Shown: positions 38,390 through 47,419 of the stretch, piece by piece
Position numbering within the stretch: the first letter of the stretch is position 1
Layout of the letters: every line of letters starts with the position of its first letter
Source of the DNA: a virus
Lineage: Duplodnaviria; Caudoviricetes
Direction: 5' to 3' (one strand)
Length of the DNA stretch: 64,000 bases
IMG/VR virus record: IMGVR_UViG_3300037423_001433
Location: 18,879-82,878 of that record
Notes under the pieces: generated by a model
Database searches by the model: none
Told to the model about the DNA's origin: nothing
What the model saw: the letters and a program-made list of their open reading frames with translations, nothing else
Program-made: the position numbers and the translations under genes

Positions 38390-38405
38390 TTCTCATAAAT
38401 GAGAA
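38390..38405. promoter_or_regulatory. palindrome TTCTCATAAATGAGAA (copy 3 of 4)
   Basis: between divergent promoters. Confidence 0.6.
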
Positions 38406-38469
38406 TTTTTCTTGACATTCATTTTTCCTTGTTGCAAAATATAATTGCCAATAAAACAGAAGGAGGCGC

Positions 38470-38631
38470 ATGTTAGTATATTACCGAGACACAAAAAAGA
38501 AATTACGCAATTTTTATATAGACACAGATGATTATTATGAAGCAATAATTGAAGTAGAAATATTCTTGGACAACACCTTTGAAAAGTACTTCCCTCCAAT
38601 TCTTGCTTTGATTCAAGGAAGCAAGCAGTAA
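38470..38631 (+). CDS. hypothetical protein (53 aa)
   Basis: AAGGAGG RBS; not in ORF track. Confidence 0.5.
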   Translation: MLVYYRDTKKKLRNFYIDTDDYYEAIIEVEIFLDNTFEKYFPPILALIQGSKQ

Positions 38632-38747
38632 TGAATGAAGATGAAGAATTTGATTTAAAAGAATGGCTTTTTGATTACGAAGTTAAAGAAATTGCAATAC
38701 ATTCACATTACCCACCTATTTACACAACCGAAGAAGAGGAAGATTAA
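38631..38747 (+). CDS. small acidic protein (38 aa)
   Basis: TAATG coupling; MNEDEEFDLKEWLFDYEV. Confidence 0.4.
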   Translation: MNEDEEFDLKEWLFDYEVKEIAIHSHYPPIYTTEEEED

Positions 38748-39008
38748 ATGGAATACGAAACTAAAAAATGCGAACACGTTTCTTCAATTGTCATTGGATT
38801 TGAAATTGAAGAAGCTATATTGAGTGGATGGCGAATTGATCCTGAGCTGCCATTGATTCAAGTTGCGTTCAATGGCCCATGGGAAGTTGGGTTTATCCGT
38901 CCTAAAGATGGAGTTTATCCTGCAAAAATGACTCCACAAGAACGTGCTGCCAAAATGCGGGAAGTTAAAGAAATGAAACGAAAACTTGCCCAACAGCAAC
39001 AAAGTTGA
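38748..39008 (+). CDS. hypothetical protein
   Basis: 86-aa ORF with GAGG RBS. Confidence 0.55.
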   Translation: MEYETKKCEHVSSIVIGFEIEEAILSGWRIDPELPLIQVAFNGPWEVGFIRPKDGVYPAKMTPQERAAKMREVKEMKRKLAQQQQS

Positions 39009-39033
39009 CAAAACAAGTTTCTTGTGATACAAT
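39005..39033 (+). promoter_or_regulatory. sigma70-type promoter
   Basis: TTGACA-17-TACAAT. Confidence 0.65.
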
Positions 39034-39093
39034 TAAATTACCAGCTTATCTTTTAAGTTGGTAATTTTAATAACAGTTATCAAGGTGACAACA

Positions 39094-39879
39094 TTGAGTA
39101 AGAATGCTGCTAGGACTAGACGTAAAAAGACAGTAGACCAGTTGCCAAAGGAGAACATTGTAAATAATACAACTGAAGAGTTGTATGCACAAAAACAGCC
39201 AATCCCAAAACTTGAACCAAAAACAGATAATCAAAAATTAGCCTTAGCCATGCTTAGAGCTAATAAACCAGTAGTATTTTTAACAGGAAGTGCAGGAACT
39301 GGAAAATCAATGATAGCAGCTTATCATGCTGCAAGTCAATTGAAGCAAAAGAGAATATCAAAAGTATATCTAATTAGACCTGCTATCGGGGTTGGTAAAT
39401 CAATTGGACTTCTTCCCGGCTCAATTGATGAGAAATTAAATCCTTATTTTGCTCAAACATTAGCGCATCTTGAAAAATTCATGGGAAGCGGATTCATGCA
39501 TTATTGTATTGACAAAAATATAATTGAAATGCAACCCACAGAATATATACGTGGAATGAGCTTTGAAAATGTTGTTGTAATTGCTGAGGAAGTTCAAAAT
39601 TTCACTTTTGATGATTTTGAAATGATGTTAACAAGACTTGGAGAAAATTGCACAATTATTTTTACTGGGGACTTTAAACAAAATGACTTGAAAGGCAAGA
39701 GTGGATTAAATACAACAATCGAATTAATTGAAAAAACGATTGACAAAGAACCTTACTACCTCTCTGATGAAGATTTGAATGAAATGGAACACGGAATCGG
39801 TGTTGTTGTTTTCACACCAGAGGATGTTGTAAGATCAGGTATTACCCGCGCATTTGTAAAAATGTATCATAATAACTAG
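39094..39879 (+). CDS. phoH: PhoH-family ATPase
   Basis: GSAGTGKS, IRGMSF, AEEVQN, GDFKQND; likely TTG start at 39094. Confidence 0.9.
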   Translation: MSKNAARTRRKKTVDQLPKENIVNNTTEELYAQKQPIPKLEPKTDNQKLALAMLRANKPVVFLTGSAGTGKSMIAAYHAASQLKQKRISKVYLIRPAIGVGKSIGLLPGSIDEKLNPYFAQTLAHLEKFMGSGFMHYCIDKNIIEMQPTEYIRGMSFENVVVIAEEVQNFTFDDFEMMLTRLGENCTIIFTGDFKQNDLKGKSGLNTTIELIEKTIDKEPYYLSDEDLNEMEHGIGVVVFTPEDVVRSGITRAFVKMYHNN

Positions 39880-39888
39880 GGGGACAAA

Positions 39889-40533
39889 ATGAGTAAGAAA
39901 GTAATAACAAAAGCGTCAGACGAAGACGAAGAATATGTAGATGGTTTTAATGTCTCGTTTGTCCCCCATAAAACTGGTATATACCGTATTGAAATTGATA
40001 AAACAATTTCCACTGTCGGACAATTCTCTAACGCAATCCAAATCTTACAAATGGCAAAAGAAGGGGATGAAGTAGAAATTCATCTTCAATGTCCCGGAGG
40101 AAGTGTACATGCCACTGGCGCTCTTTTGCATGCAATGAAAAAATGTGAAGCCCCGATCCATATAATTGCCACTGGCGCGTGTCATTCTGCAGCCACTATG
40201 ATTTTGCTGAGTGGAGATTCTTTTGAACTCTCTGAGGATTTTAATGCTTTAATCCATGGGGGTTCACTTGGTTCCATTGGAAATCTTAATGAATACCATG
40301 CAGAAATTGCCTTTCTACCTGAATTCATTAACAACATCCATCGAAGAATTTACGAAGGATTTCTTACTCCAGAAGAAATTGAAAATCTTGTTAAAGGGCA
40401 AGATTTCTGGTTAGATGCAAATGGATGGTGCGAACGACAAAAAGCTCGAAACGAGTATTTTAAAGCTAAAGCTGAGAAAGCGAAAAAACCTCCACGCAAA
40501 CCACGTAAGCCTAAATCCCAACAATCTGAGTAG
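39889..40533 (+). CDS. ClpP-like protease subunit
   Basis: HLQCPGGSV, ACHSAATMI, LIHGG, DFWL motifs. Confidence 0.75.
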   Translation: MSKKVITKASDEDEEYVDGFNVSFVPHKTGIYRIEIDKTISTVGQFSNAIQILQMAKEGDEVEIHLQCPGGSVHATGALLHAMKKCEAPIHIIATGACHSAATMILLSGDSFELSEDFNALIHGGSLGSIGNLNEYHAEIAFLPEFINNIHRRIYEGFLTPEEIENLVKGQDFWLDANGWCERQKARNEYFKAKAEKAKKPPRKPRKPKSQQSE

Positions 40534-40541
40534 TAAACTTT

Positions 40542-40568
40542 AGCCTCCCATGTGGAGGCTTTTTATTT
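40542..40568 (+). terminator. intrinsic terminator
   Basis: AGCCTCC/GGAGGCT stem + T-tract. Confidence 0.75.
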
Positions 40569-40580
40569 TGTAGAAATATA

Positions 40581-40609
40581 TTGACAAGGCTCAAATCCTA
40601 TGACATACT
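40581..40609 (+). promoter_or_regulatory. sigma70-type promoter for RNA repair genes
   Basis: TTGACA-17-CATACT. Confidence 0.55.
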
Positions 40610-40643
40610 AATTCCACGTTAACTTGATGGAGGTCAAAATAAA

Positions 40644-41936
40644 ATGAGTCACAAAGCAATCGTAGCACAAGTAACAGACGTAATTCAAATCGTTGGTGCA
40701 AATAATATTCAGATCGCAGTTGTTCTTGGTGAACAGGTTATCGTATCTAAAGATGTCGGGGTTGGATATGTAGGCGTGTTGTTCCCAATAGACCTCCAAT
40801 TATCCGAAGAATACTGCAGAGAGAATAATTTATTCCGGCATGCTACATACAATAGAAACGATACCAAGACTGGCTTCTTCGATAACAATCGCAGAGTACG
40901 AGCACAACCTTTTATGAAAGTGCGCTCTACCGGATATTTTACTTCGCTGGATAGTCTGTCATACATCCCAGAATTCAAGAAAGAAGATTTTCCTCTTGGC
41001 ACTCAATTTGATGAAGTGGCTGGAGTGAAAGTATGTGAGAAATATATTTCTCGTGCCACTCGTGAAGCAATTGAGCGCCAAAATCGCCCGAAACAGGCTA
41101 AAGCTACTTATGCTCCATACTTCGCAAAACATGTTGATAGTGAGCAATTCCAACATAATTACCAGAATATCCCCGTTGGAGCTTTGATTCATTTCCACGC
41201 AAAAGTGCATGGCACTTCTCATCGAAGTGCATATACGAAAGTAAATATTGAATTGCCAAAGTGGAAACAATTGGTCAATAAGATGATCCCAGAATTTTTT
41301 GCAACAATGAAATGGGATTATGTTGTAGGGACTCGAAATGTCGTTCTTACAAATGGCGAAAAGGAGGGATTTCATGGGGCAGAACAATTCCGCTTTGATG
41401 TAGCTGAATCTTTAAAGCCTTTTATGAAAAAGGGGATGACAATTTATGGAGAAATTGCAGGATACGCAAATGGCAAACCAATTATGGCTGTGCATTCTTC
41501 AAAATGTTTGAAAGACAAAGCTTTCACAAACAAATATGGAGAGAATATTGTTTATAAGTATGGTTGTGCAGAGCATCAACATCGTTTTCATGTTTACCGA
41601 ATCACATTTTTGAATCATGTTGATGAAAATGTGGATTTTACTCAAGCTCAACTAGAGCAATGGTGCAAAGATTACGGATTCAACAGCACATTTGAAGTAG
41701 CTCCTCCTGAAATCTTTGATGGTGACTATGCACGATTGAAAACAAAAGTGGAGGCATTGACGGAACGTATGGAGACAATGACAGCAGATGTAATTGATTC
41801 TTCACATCCGTCTGAAGGCGTAATTTTGCGAATCGATACAGGAAGAGCTAATCCCTACTTTCTTAAAAGTAAGTCTTATGCTTTTAAAGTGATGGAGGGA
41901 ATGCTAGAAGTGGCTGATCTGGAGGATGCTGCATGA
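40644..41936 (+). CDS. ATP-dependent RNA ligase (Rnl2/DRB0094-like)
   Basis: motif I KVHGTS, YGEIAG, EGVILR, FLKSKS; N-terminal OB-like domain. Confidence 0.8.
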   Translation: MSHKAIVAQVTDVIQIVGANNIQIAVVLGEQVIVSKDVGVGYVGVLFPIDLQLSEEYCRENNLFRHATYNRNDTKTGFFDNNRRVRAQPFMKVRSTGYFTSLDSLSYIPEFKKEDFPLGTQFDEVAGVKVCEKYISRATREAIERQNRPKQAKATYAPYFAKHVDSEQFQHNYQNIPVGALIHFHAKVHGTSHRSAYTKVNIELPKWKQLVNKMIPEFFATMKWDYVVGTRNVVLTNGEKEGFHGAEQFRFDVAESLKPFMKKGMTIYGEIAGYANGKPIMAVHSSKCLKDKAFTNKYGENIVYKYGCAEHQHRFHVYRITFLNHVDENVDFTQAQLEQWCKDYGFNSTFEVAPPEIFDGDYARLKTKVEALTERMETMTADVIDSSHPSEGVILRIDTGRANPYFLKSKSYAFKVMEGMLEVADLEDAA

Positions 41937-41974
41937 ATTACAACATGCTACAAAATTAATGAGGAGACACTATA

Positions 41975-42847
41975 ATGAAAGCAATTATTACAGTAGGAAT
42001 TAGTGCATCAGGGAAATCTACTTGGGCAAAAGAGTATGCCAAAAAGAATAAAGCCATTATTTCCTGCCGGGATGATCTTCGATTCTCCCTTACTGGAGCT
42101 TCTGGATGGGGTGAATATAAATTTGACAAGAAAATTGAAAATACAATTACCAGATTGCAACACGATACATTTGGATTGGCTCAAATATATGGAAAAGACA
42201 TTATTGTAGCGGATACAAATCTTAATAAAGAAACAAGAGAAAATCTTCATGAACTTCTTTATCAACTTAAATATGACGTAGAAATTCTTCCATTCCCAAT
42301 TACACTTGAAGAAGCTTGGAAACGAGATGGCTTGAGGGCAAATGGTGTAGGACGTGATGTAATTTACAAACAATGGCAACAATGGCTTGAATTTATTGGT
42401 AAAAAGCAATACACTCCTGATACAACATTGCCGAAAGCAGTTTGTTTTGATATGGATGGCACTCTTGCGCATATGGTGGATCGTAAGGCTTATGATTGGA
42501 AGAAAGTTGGGACAGATCGTGTTGATCCAATTGTGCGTGGAATGCTGTGGGATTTTCGTGCACGAGGTTACAAAATTGTTATTTTGAGCGGACGTGATAG
42601 CATTTGCCGTGAAGAAACATACCAGTGGATTATCGACAATGGCATGATTTATGACGAATTGTTAATGCGGCAAGAAGGAGACATGCGAAAAGATACTGTC
42701 ATCAAAGAAGAAATTTTCTGGAAAGATGTTTCTCCTCATTATAACGTAGAAGCAGTGGTTGATGATCGTCCAGTAGTATGCAGAATGTGGCGTGATATCA
42801 AAATTCCAAAAGTTATTCAAGTAGGTGATCCATATGTTGAATTTTAA
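41975..42847 (+). CDS. polynucleotide 5'-kinase/3'-phosphatase (T4 PseT-like)
   Basis: P-loop GISASGKST, DxDGT phosphatase FDMDGTL, SGR, DDR. Confidence 0.9.
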   Translation: MKAIITVGISASGKSTWAKEYAKKNKAIISCRDDLRFSLTGASGWGEYKFDKKIENTITRLQHDTFGLAQIYGKDIIVADTNLNKETRENLHELLYQLKYDVEILPFPITLEEAWKRDGLRANGVGRDVIYKQWQQWLEFIGKKQYTPDTTLPKAVCFDMDGTLAHMVDRKAYDWKKVGTDRVDPIVRGMLWDFRARGYKIVILSGRDSICREETYQWIIDNGMIYDELLMRQEGDMRKDTVIKEEIFWKDVSPHYNVEAVVDDRPVVCRMWRDIKIPKVIQVGDPYVEF

Positions 42848-43034
42848 ACAACAAATTTGTAATACAATTGAGAAGGTAAAAGTCTGGAAGAATAGTCTTC
42901 CTAAGTGGGCAAAAATTGTTATTACATTATTGGTTACACCTTTCTTTCCATTTTTAGCAGTTGTTGTATTATTAGTTCTTTTTGCAGTTATGCTATGTTA
43001 TGAAGTTTATGCAATTTTGTTTGGAGATAATTAG
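42825..43034 (+). CDS. small membrane protein
   Basis: long hydrophobic segment. Confidence 0.5.
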   Translation: MIHMLNFKQQICNTIEKVKVWKNSLPKWAKIVITLLVTPFFPFLAVVVLLVLFAVMLCYEVYAILFGDN

Positions 43035-43357
43035 TGAAAAAGAGTGAAATTTTAAAAGAAGCTAAGAAAATTCTTTGGAATGGATATGATCCTTATGAAG
43101 ACGAGCTTTCATCTAAAAAACAAAGATTTATTTGTAACGCGGTAACTGATGTAAAAGGTGCTGATAAGGAACAAAAGCTTGAAATTAAACAATGGATTAC
43201 CCGCCTACTTGAGGGCTACCATAACTATGAAACGTGGTTAAGGCAACATGCATACATAGATGTATACATAACAGAAAATCAGCATATTATTGCGCAAAAA
43301 TCACGTCATCAGTGGATTGATTGGATGATAACATACTGGGAAGCAAAAGGAGAATAA
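43034..43357 (+). CDS. paralogue-family protein (R-x14-GE end)
   Basis: KKSEILK...FICNAV...RHQWIDWMITYWEAKGE. Confidence 0.6.
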   Translation: MKKSEILKEAKKILWNGYDPYEDELSSKKQRFICNAVTDVKGADKEQKLEIKQWITRLLEGYHNYETWLRQHAYIDVYITENQHIIAQKSRHQWIDWMITYWEAKGE

Positions 43358-43358
43358 A

Positions 43359-43649
43359 ATGAGCAAGTTTAAATATTACAAACGCGGATTTTTGAATAGA
43401 GAAAAAGGAACTGCTATTTTTGAGGCAGACGTAAGTATTGAAGATTACGAAGATGAAGGAAGTTTTTCTGCAAATTTTGATATTTCTGACTGTTACAAGA
43501 AAATATCATTAGATTTTTATGTAGGCAGTAAAAAACAATTAACTGAAAAACTCCGTAAAGTAGATAATCTTATCAAAGAATTAACAAATTTCAAAGAAGC
43601 AATGATTCGTGCTTCAATGGTGAAAAAAGAAAAGAAAGAAGAAAAATGA
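43359..43649 (+). CDS. hypothetical protein
   Basis: 96-aa ORF with GGAG RBS. Confidence 0.6.
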   Translation: MSKFKYYKRGFLNREKGTAIFEADVSIEDYEDEGSFSANFDISDCYKKISLDFYVGSKKQLTEKLRKVDNLIKELTNFKEAMIRASMVKKEKKEEK

Positions 43650-44158
43650 CAATATTTGAAAAATGTCTTTTTGTATTTATTGCAATGTTTGTTGCTGATT
43701 TGTGTTGGGCTTTCTACATTGTAAAAGTTGAAAATAAGCAAGCCGGAAAAGCTTCATTTTGGAGCGTTGCTTTGTTTCTCGCAGGAGCTGCGGGTACAAT
43801 TAATTATGTAAATAATCCCTATCTATTAATTCCTGCTTGTCTTGGAGTTGCTTATGGAACATATGTTGCAATTAAGATTGAAGTATATCGAAAATACAAC
43901 AAAGCTTCGGAAGTGCTGAAAGCAGCTATCCCATTAGTAGAGAATAATAATTATTACGGTTGTATCGCTATCAAACATGCACCTATACAAGGGGATAAAT
44001 ATGGTTTCCAAAAAGCAAGGCAACGTGCTCAGGAATATTTCAACGAATTTAAACCTATTGGAAAAGATGAAGATGGGGCTTGGTGGACTGAAAATGATCC
44101 TGCACGAATTGTTGCATTAGAAAACGCGTTGGCTGTTGCTTTAGAATGTGGTGATTAG
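43646..44158 (+). CDS. membrane domain fused to paralogue-family domain
   Basis: 3 hydrophobic segments then KASEVLK...GCIAI...RIVALENALAVALECGD. Confidence 0.6.
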   Translation: MTIFEKCLFVFIAMFVADLCWAFYIVKVENKQAGKASFWSVALFLAGAAGTINYVNNPYLLIPACLGVAYGTYVAIKIEVYRKYNKASEVLKAAIPLVENNNYYGCIAIKHAPIQGDKYGFQKARQRAQEYFNEFKPIGKDEDGAWWTENDPARIVALENALAVALECGD

Positions 44159-44374
44159 ATGGATCAATGGGAAAATGAAGGAGGGCGTATAGGTGAAAGA
44201 CCAGCCACCATTTATGATCTTCCATCGAGAGTTTATTTTAAGAAACAAGCTAAACCTCAGTTTATAAATAAAAATGAAATTCCTGAAATAATGCATAATG
44301 GCTACTTTTCTAAACGAAGGCCAGCATTGTATCGAGGAAATTTTACTCAAATTAATTTAACAATAAGAGGATAA
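44159..44374 (+). CDS. hypothetical protein
   Basis: 71-aa ORF in operon. Confidence 0.4.
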   Translation: MDQWENEGGRIGERPATIYDLPSRVYFKKQAKPQFINKNEIPEIMHNGYFSKRRPALYRGNFTQINLTIRG

Positions 44375-44375
44375 A

Positions 44376-44642
44376 ATGAATAAAGATAGGTATGCTCCTC
44401 CGAAAGAGAATATTCCTAAAAAATTGCCAGCAATCAATGATGTAACAGGGGCAGTTATCGCAACACGAAGCACTAACCAAGATGCTTATGCTTCGGGATG
44501 GGATGCTATTTGGGGAAATAAAGCCTCGCAGGAAGCTCTAAATCAAACTCCAAGCGACGAAAATGCACAAGATAGTACCGCCCCACACAGAGATGATGAA
44601 AATGCCTCAAAGGACGTTTTAAGAGGAAATGATGCACATTGA
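44376..44642 (+). CDS. hypothetical protein
   Basis: GAGG RBS; YASGWDAIWG motif. Confidence 0.5.
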   Translation: MNKDRYAPPKENIPKKLPAINDVTGAVIATRSTNQDAYASGWDAIWGNKASQEALNQTPSDENAQDSTAPHRDDENASKDVLRGNDAH

Positions 44643-45021
44643 AATTTTGAACAAACCATATGTATTGCTTTGGCACAACACTGGGAGCAGATATATCTGT
44701 GATCCAGCTCCAACTGACACAGATAACGATATCATTGTTTTAATCAAGTCGGGATATTTCTTTGACTTGATGATGGATGCTGATGATGCAGGATATGAAA
44801 TTGGTGGAAGTGAAATTGATCTTGTGGAATTCTATCAAGTAAATAGTGATGAAGGATTTCAATCTTTAAAGAAAGATGATATTAATTTAATTATCACTGA
44901 AAGTATTGATTTTTATACAAGATTCGTTTCTGCAACAATGTTGGCAAAAGAACAAAACTTACTAAATAAGCAAGATAGGATTAAATTATTTCAGAGAGCG
45001 CTGTATGGAAACACAATTTAA
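44629..45021 (+). CDS. putative minimal pol-beta nucleotidyltransferase
   Basis: TGSRYI...DTDNDI (GS...DxD) and later NLII. Confidence 0.55.
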   Translation: MMHIEILNKPYVLLWHNTGSRYICDPAPTDTDNDIIVLIKSGYFFDLMMDADDAGYEIGGSEIDLVEFYQVNSDEGFQSLKKDDINLIITESIDFYTRFVSATMLAKEQNLLNKQDRIKLFQRALYGNTI

Positions 45022-45334
45022 ACAAAACTTGATTGATGCTATTATTGAATCTATGGCAGGAGTTAAATGCGCTGACTGGAATATAACACTTGATTGGACT
45101 TCAAGATACCAACATATACCAACAGAAACTGTGATTGAAGTTGGGCCTAAAGATAAATTATATCTAGAAGGGTATGAAGTAGAAGATGAAAATCAAAGAA
45201 TTGCTTTAAAGCAAGCTATTGCAGATATGATCCATAGAAAGAATATTGCCCATAAGGAATTAACTTTGTCTGTTTTATACCACAGGTTTGGTGTTCCTGA
45301 GAATAGTCAAATGTTTCCAAAAGAAAACACTTGA
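45005..45334 (+). CDS. hypothetical protein
   Basis: 109-aa ORF; stop overlaps next -35 box. Confidence 0.5.
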   Translation: METQFKQNLIDAIIESMAGVKCADWNITLDWTSRYQHIPTETVIEVGPKDKLYLEGYEVEDENQRIALKQAIADMIHRKNIAHKELTLSVLYHRFGVPENSQMFPKENT

Positions 45335-45359
45335 CAAAATGCACTTTATGGTGTATAAT
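45331..45359 (+). promoter_or_regulatory. consensus sigma70-type promoter firing into non-coding region
   Basis: TTGACA-17-TATAAT. Confidence 0.75.
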
Positions 45360-45960
45360 GTGAATTACTAAATCAAGAAAGGCCGATTTAGTGGGGGCGT
45401 CTTACATAAGACAATCACCGTTAGGTGAATGACTGGAGCAGAGTGGATCAATCATTCGAGAGTGATAATTCGCAAGCGAATTCTTCCGATGTCTACACAT
45501 CGTAAGTAATATTGCTTCTAAATATCTTTTGAGAATATTATCTTATTCCTTTAGTTGTAGCTCTCCAGACTTCTCAATTCCTTCTTAGGTCTTGGGGGGT
45601 TTGGGGGGCTATGACTAAAGCGAGTGAATAATTTTCTCAAGTGATTATTTCATATTATGAAATATATTTACAAATAATTATAAAATATATTGTAAAATAC
45701 TTTAAAGATACTTATAAAATAAGAGAGTTATTTAAGTAAGAAAGAAGAATATAATATTCTAAATATTTAATAAATAACTCTTAAATGTTTTAAGCTTTCT
45801 CTAAATATCTCTTAAGGCTTTTTATTACGTTCCACTGAAAGATATCTTGTAAATACACTTTTATATGTAATATACATTAAAGTGTATTTTAGGATAGATA
45901 AGTATAAAAATACATCCTAAAAGAAATATTTCTTTTTATCTTCTCCTTACATCCTTCCTC
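45360..45960. other. hairpin-dense non-coding region, candidate replication origin
   Basis: at least 5 hairpins, G6-T3-G6 at 45594-45608, then AT-rich nested inverted repeats. Confidence 0.5.
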
Positions 45961-46605
45961 TCAAGCAGCAATCTTATATTGCTCTTGTCTCAAGTTCCAT
46001 TCCTTTCTATAATCTTCCATCTTTCCTTTCCACCTAGAAATATTAGCAGATAATGTATTCCTTGGAATTCCATATTTCTTGCTCACATAAGAAATATTAT
46101 CTCCTGCTTCAAAATCTTCTAATGCTGCTTCAAGTTTCTCTGGTGCAATAGCTAATGGCTTTCCCAGCCTTGTTCCTTGTGCTCTTGTTCTTGCTATTCC
46201 AGCTTTCGTCCTCTCCCTAATTGTATTTCTTTCCATTTCCGCTATCGCTGCGGCCATTGTCACCATCACTTTCCCCATTATTGATGTGACATCCATTCCG
46301 TCAAATTGCATCACAATAAGCTTAATTCCTAAAGCTTTGAATTTATTAATTGTATGCAATACATCTTCTGCATCCCTTCCAAGCCTGTCTATCATCGTTA
46401 CAATAATCCGATCCCCCTCTTTCGCTTGCTGCATCATCTTTGCAAACTCTGGACGTTCTGTAGCTTTGATAGAGCCTGACACGCCTTGCTCTGAAAACCA
46501 ATGCTCTGTAGGAATACTATATCCTGCATCAATAATCATCTTGCGTTGGTTCTCTGTGGTTTGTAAGTCTGTGCTTACGCGCATGTATGCAAATGTCTTA
46601 CTCAT
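45961..46605 (-). CDS. small serine recombinase (resolvase/invertase) with C-terminal HTH
   Basis: AYMRVST, ERPEF, DRLGR, ERTKAG motifs. Confidence 0.92.
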   Translation of the reverse strand: MSKTFAYMRVSTDLQTTENQRKMIIDAGYSIPTEHWFSEQGVSGSIKATERPEFAKMMQQAKEGDRIIVTMIDRLGRDAEDVLHTINKFKALGIKLIVMQFDGMDVTSIMGKVMVTMAAAIAEMERNTIRERTKAGIARTRAQGTRLGKPLAIAPEKLEAALEDFEAGDNISYVSKKYGIPRNTLSANISRWKGKMEDYRKEWNLRQEQYKIAA

Positions 46606-46643
46606 TTATTTTCTCCTTTTTTGCCGACCTACTTGGTAGATAA

Positions 46644-46671
46644 ATTATAGCATAACTCCTTGATTGTGCAA
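46644..46671 (-). promoter_or_regulatory. promoter for resolvase
   Basis: AAAAATA-CC-TTGCAC-16-TATAAT. Confidence 0.5.
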
Positions 46672-47419
46672 GGTATTTTTAAAAATATTTCTGAATTGTT
46701 GTTAAATATTTGCCGACTGTTTTGCCGCTTTAGCAGGTATTTACAAGTGTTTTGCAAGGACGAGTGGGGGGCTTAGCGGCGAGCCGTGGCCTGAAATATG
46801 CTTTCTGGAGCCTGTAAAATATCTAGGATCAACGAACGGGCACGAGTTGGAGTATGTCTACCCATGAAAACTAAAACGCCGTATAGCCCCGTTAAATCGA
46901 TTTAAACATGTGTTGCAATAGAGAAAAGACTGTGTGATGTGTACATGTGACGGATAACGGATGTTATCGGACAATGACTAATGATTTGAGGCTGTCTGTA
47001 CGTTGAGATGATGCAGAGTGTGGTCGATTGGCTGCAATAGCTGTGCAGATTGTGTATTGCTGGTGTAATCGTGCGTTGTTTGGCTGTGTTAGTGCGGCTA
47101 TTTGTGCAGTTGATGTGCTATTGTGTTGTTATGGTGCAACATGGGTAATTTGTTGCTTTTTATTAATTCACACGATTTTGAGTGTTTGTTTTTGAATGAT
47201 CCGCGTAAATCTAGGTTAGACCCCATAGGAATTTTCCAACATCCTGCAAGTAATCCCGCTACCGCAAGCCACTTGACAGCCAATTGACATAAGTAAAGAA
47301 CAATTAAAGTAATAATAATTATAACTAAATTATATAATAAAATAATCAGATATAATAATTTATGATATAACTTAATCGTAATTTGAGCTGAATTTTACAT
47401 AATATGGCAGCTATAAAAC

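Noticed and set aside
45961-46605. Integrase indicating lysogeny
   Set aside because: 214 aa with only catalytic and HTH parts; lacks the recombinase/zinc-ribbon domains of large serine integrases
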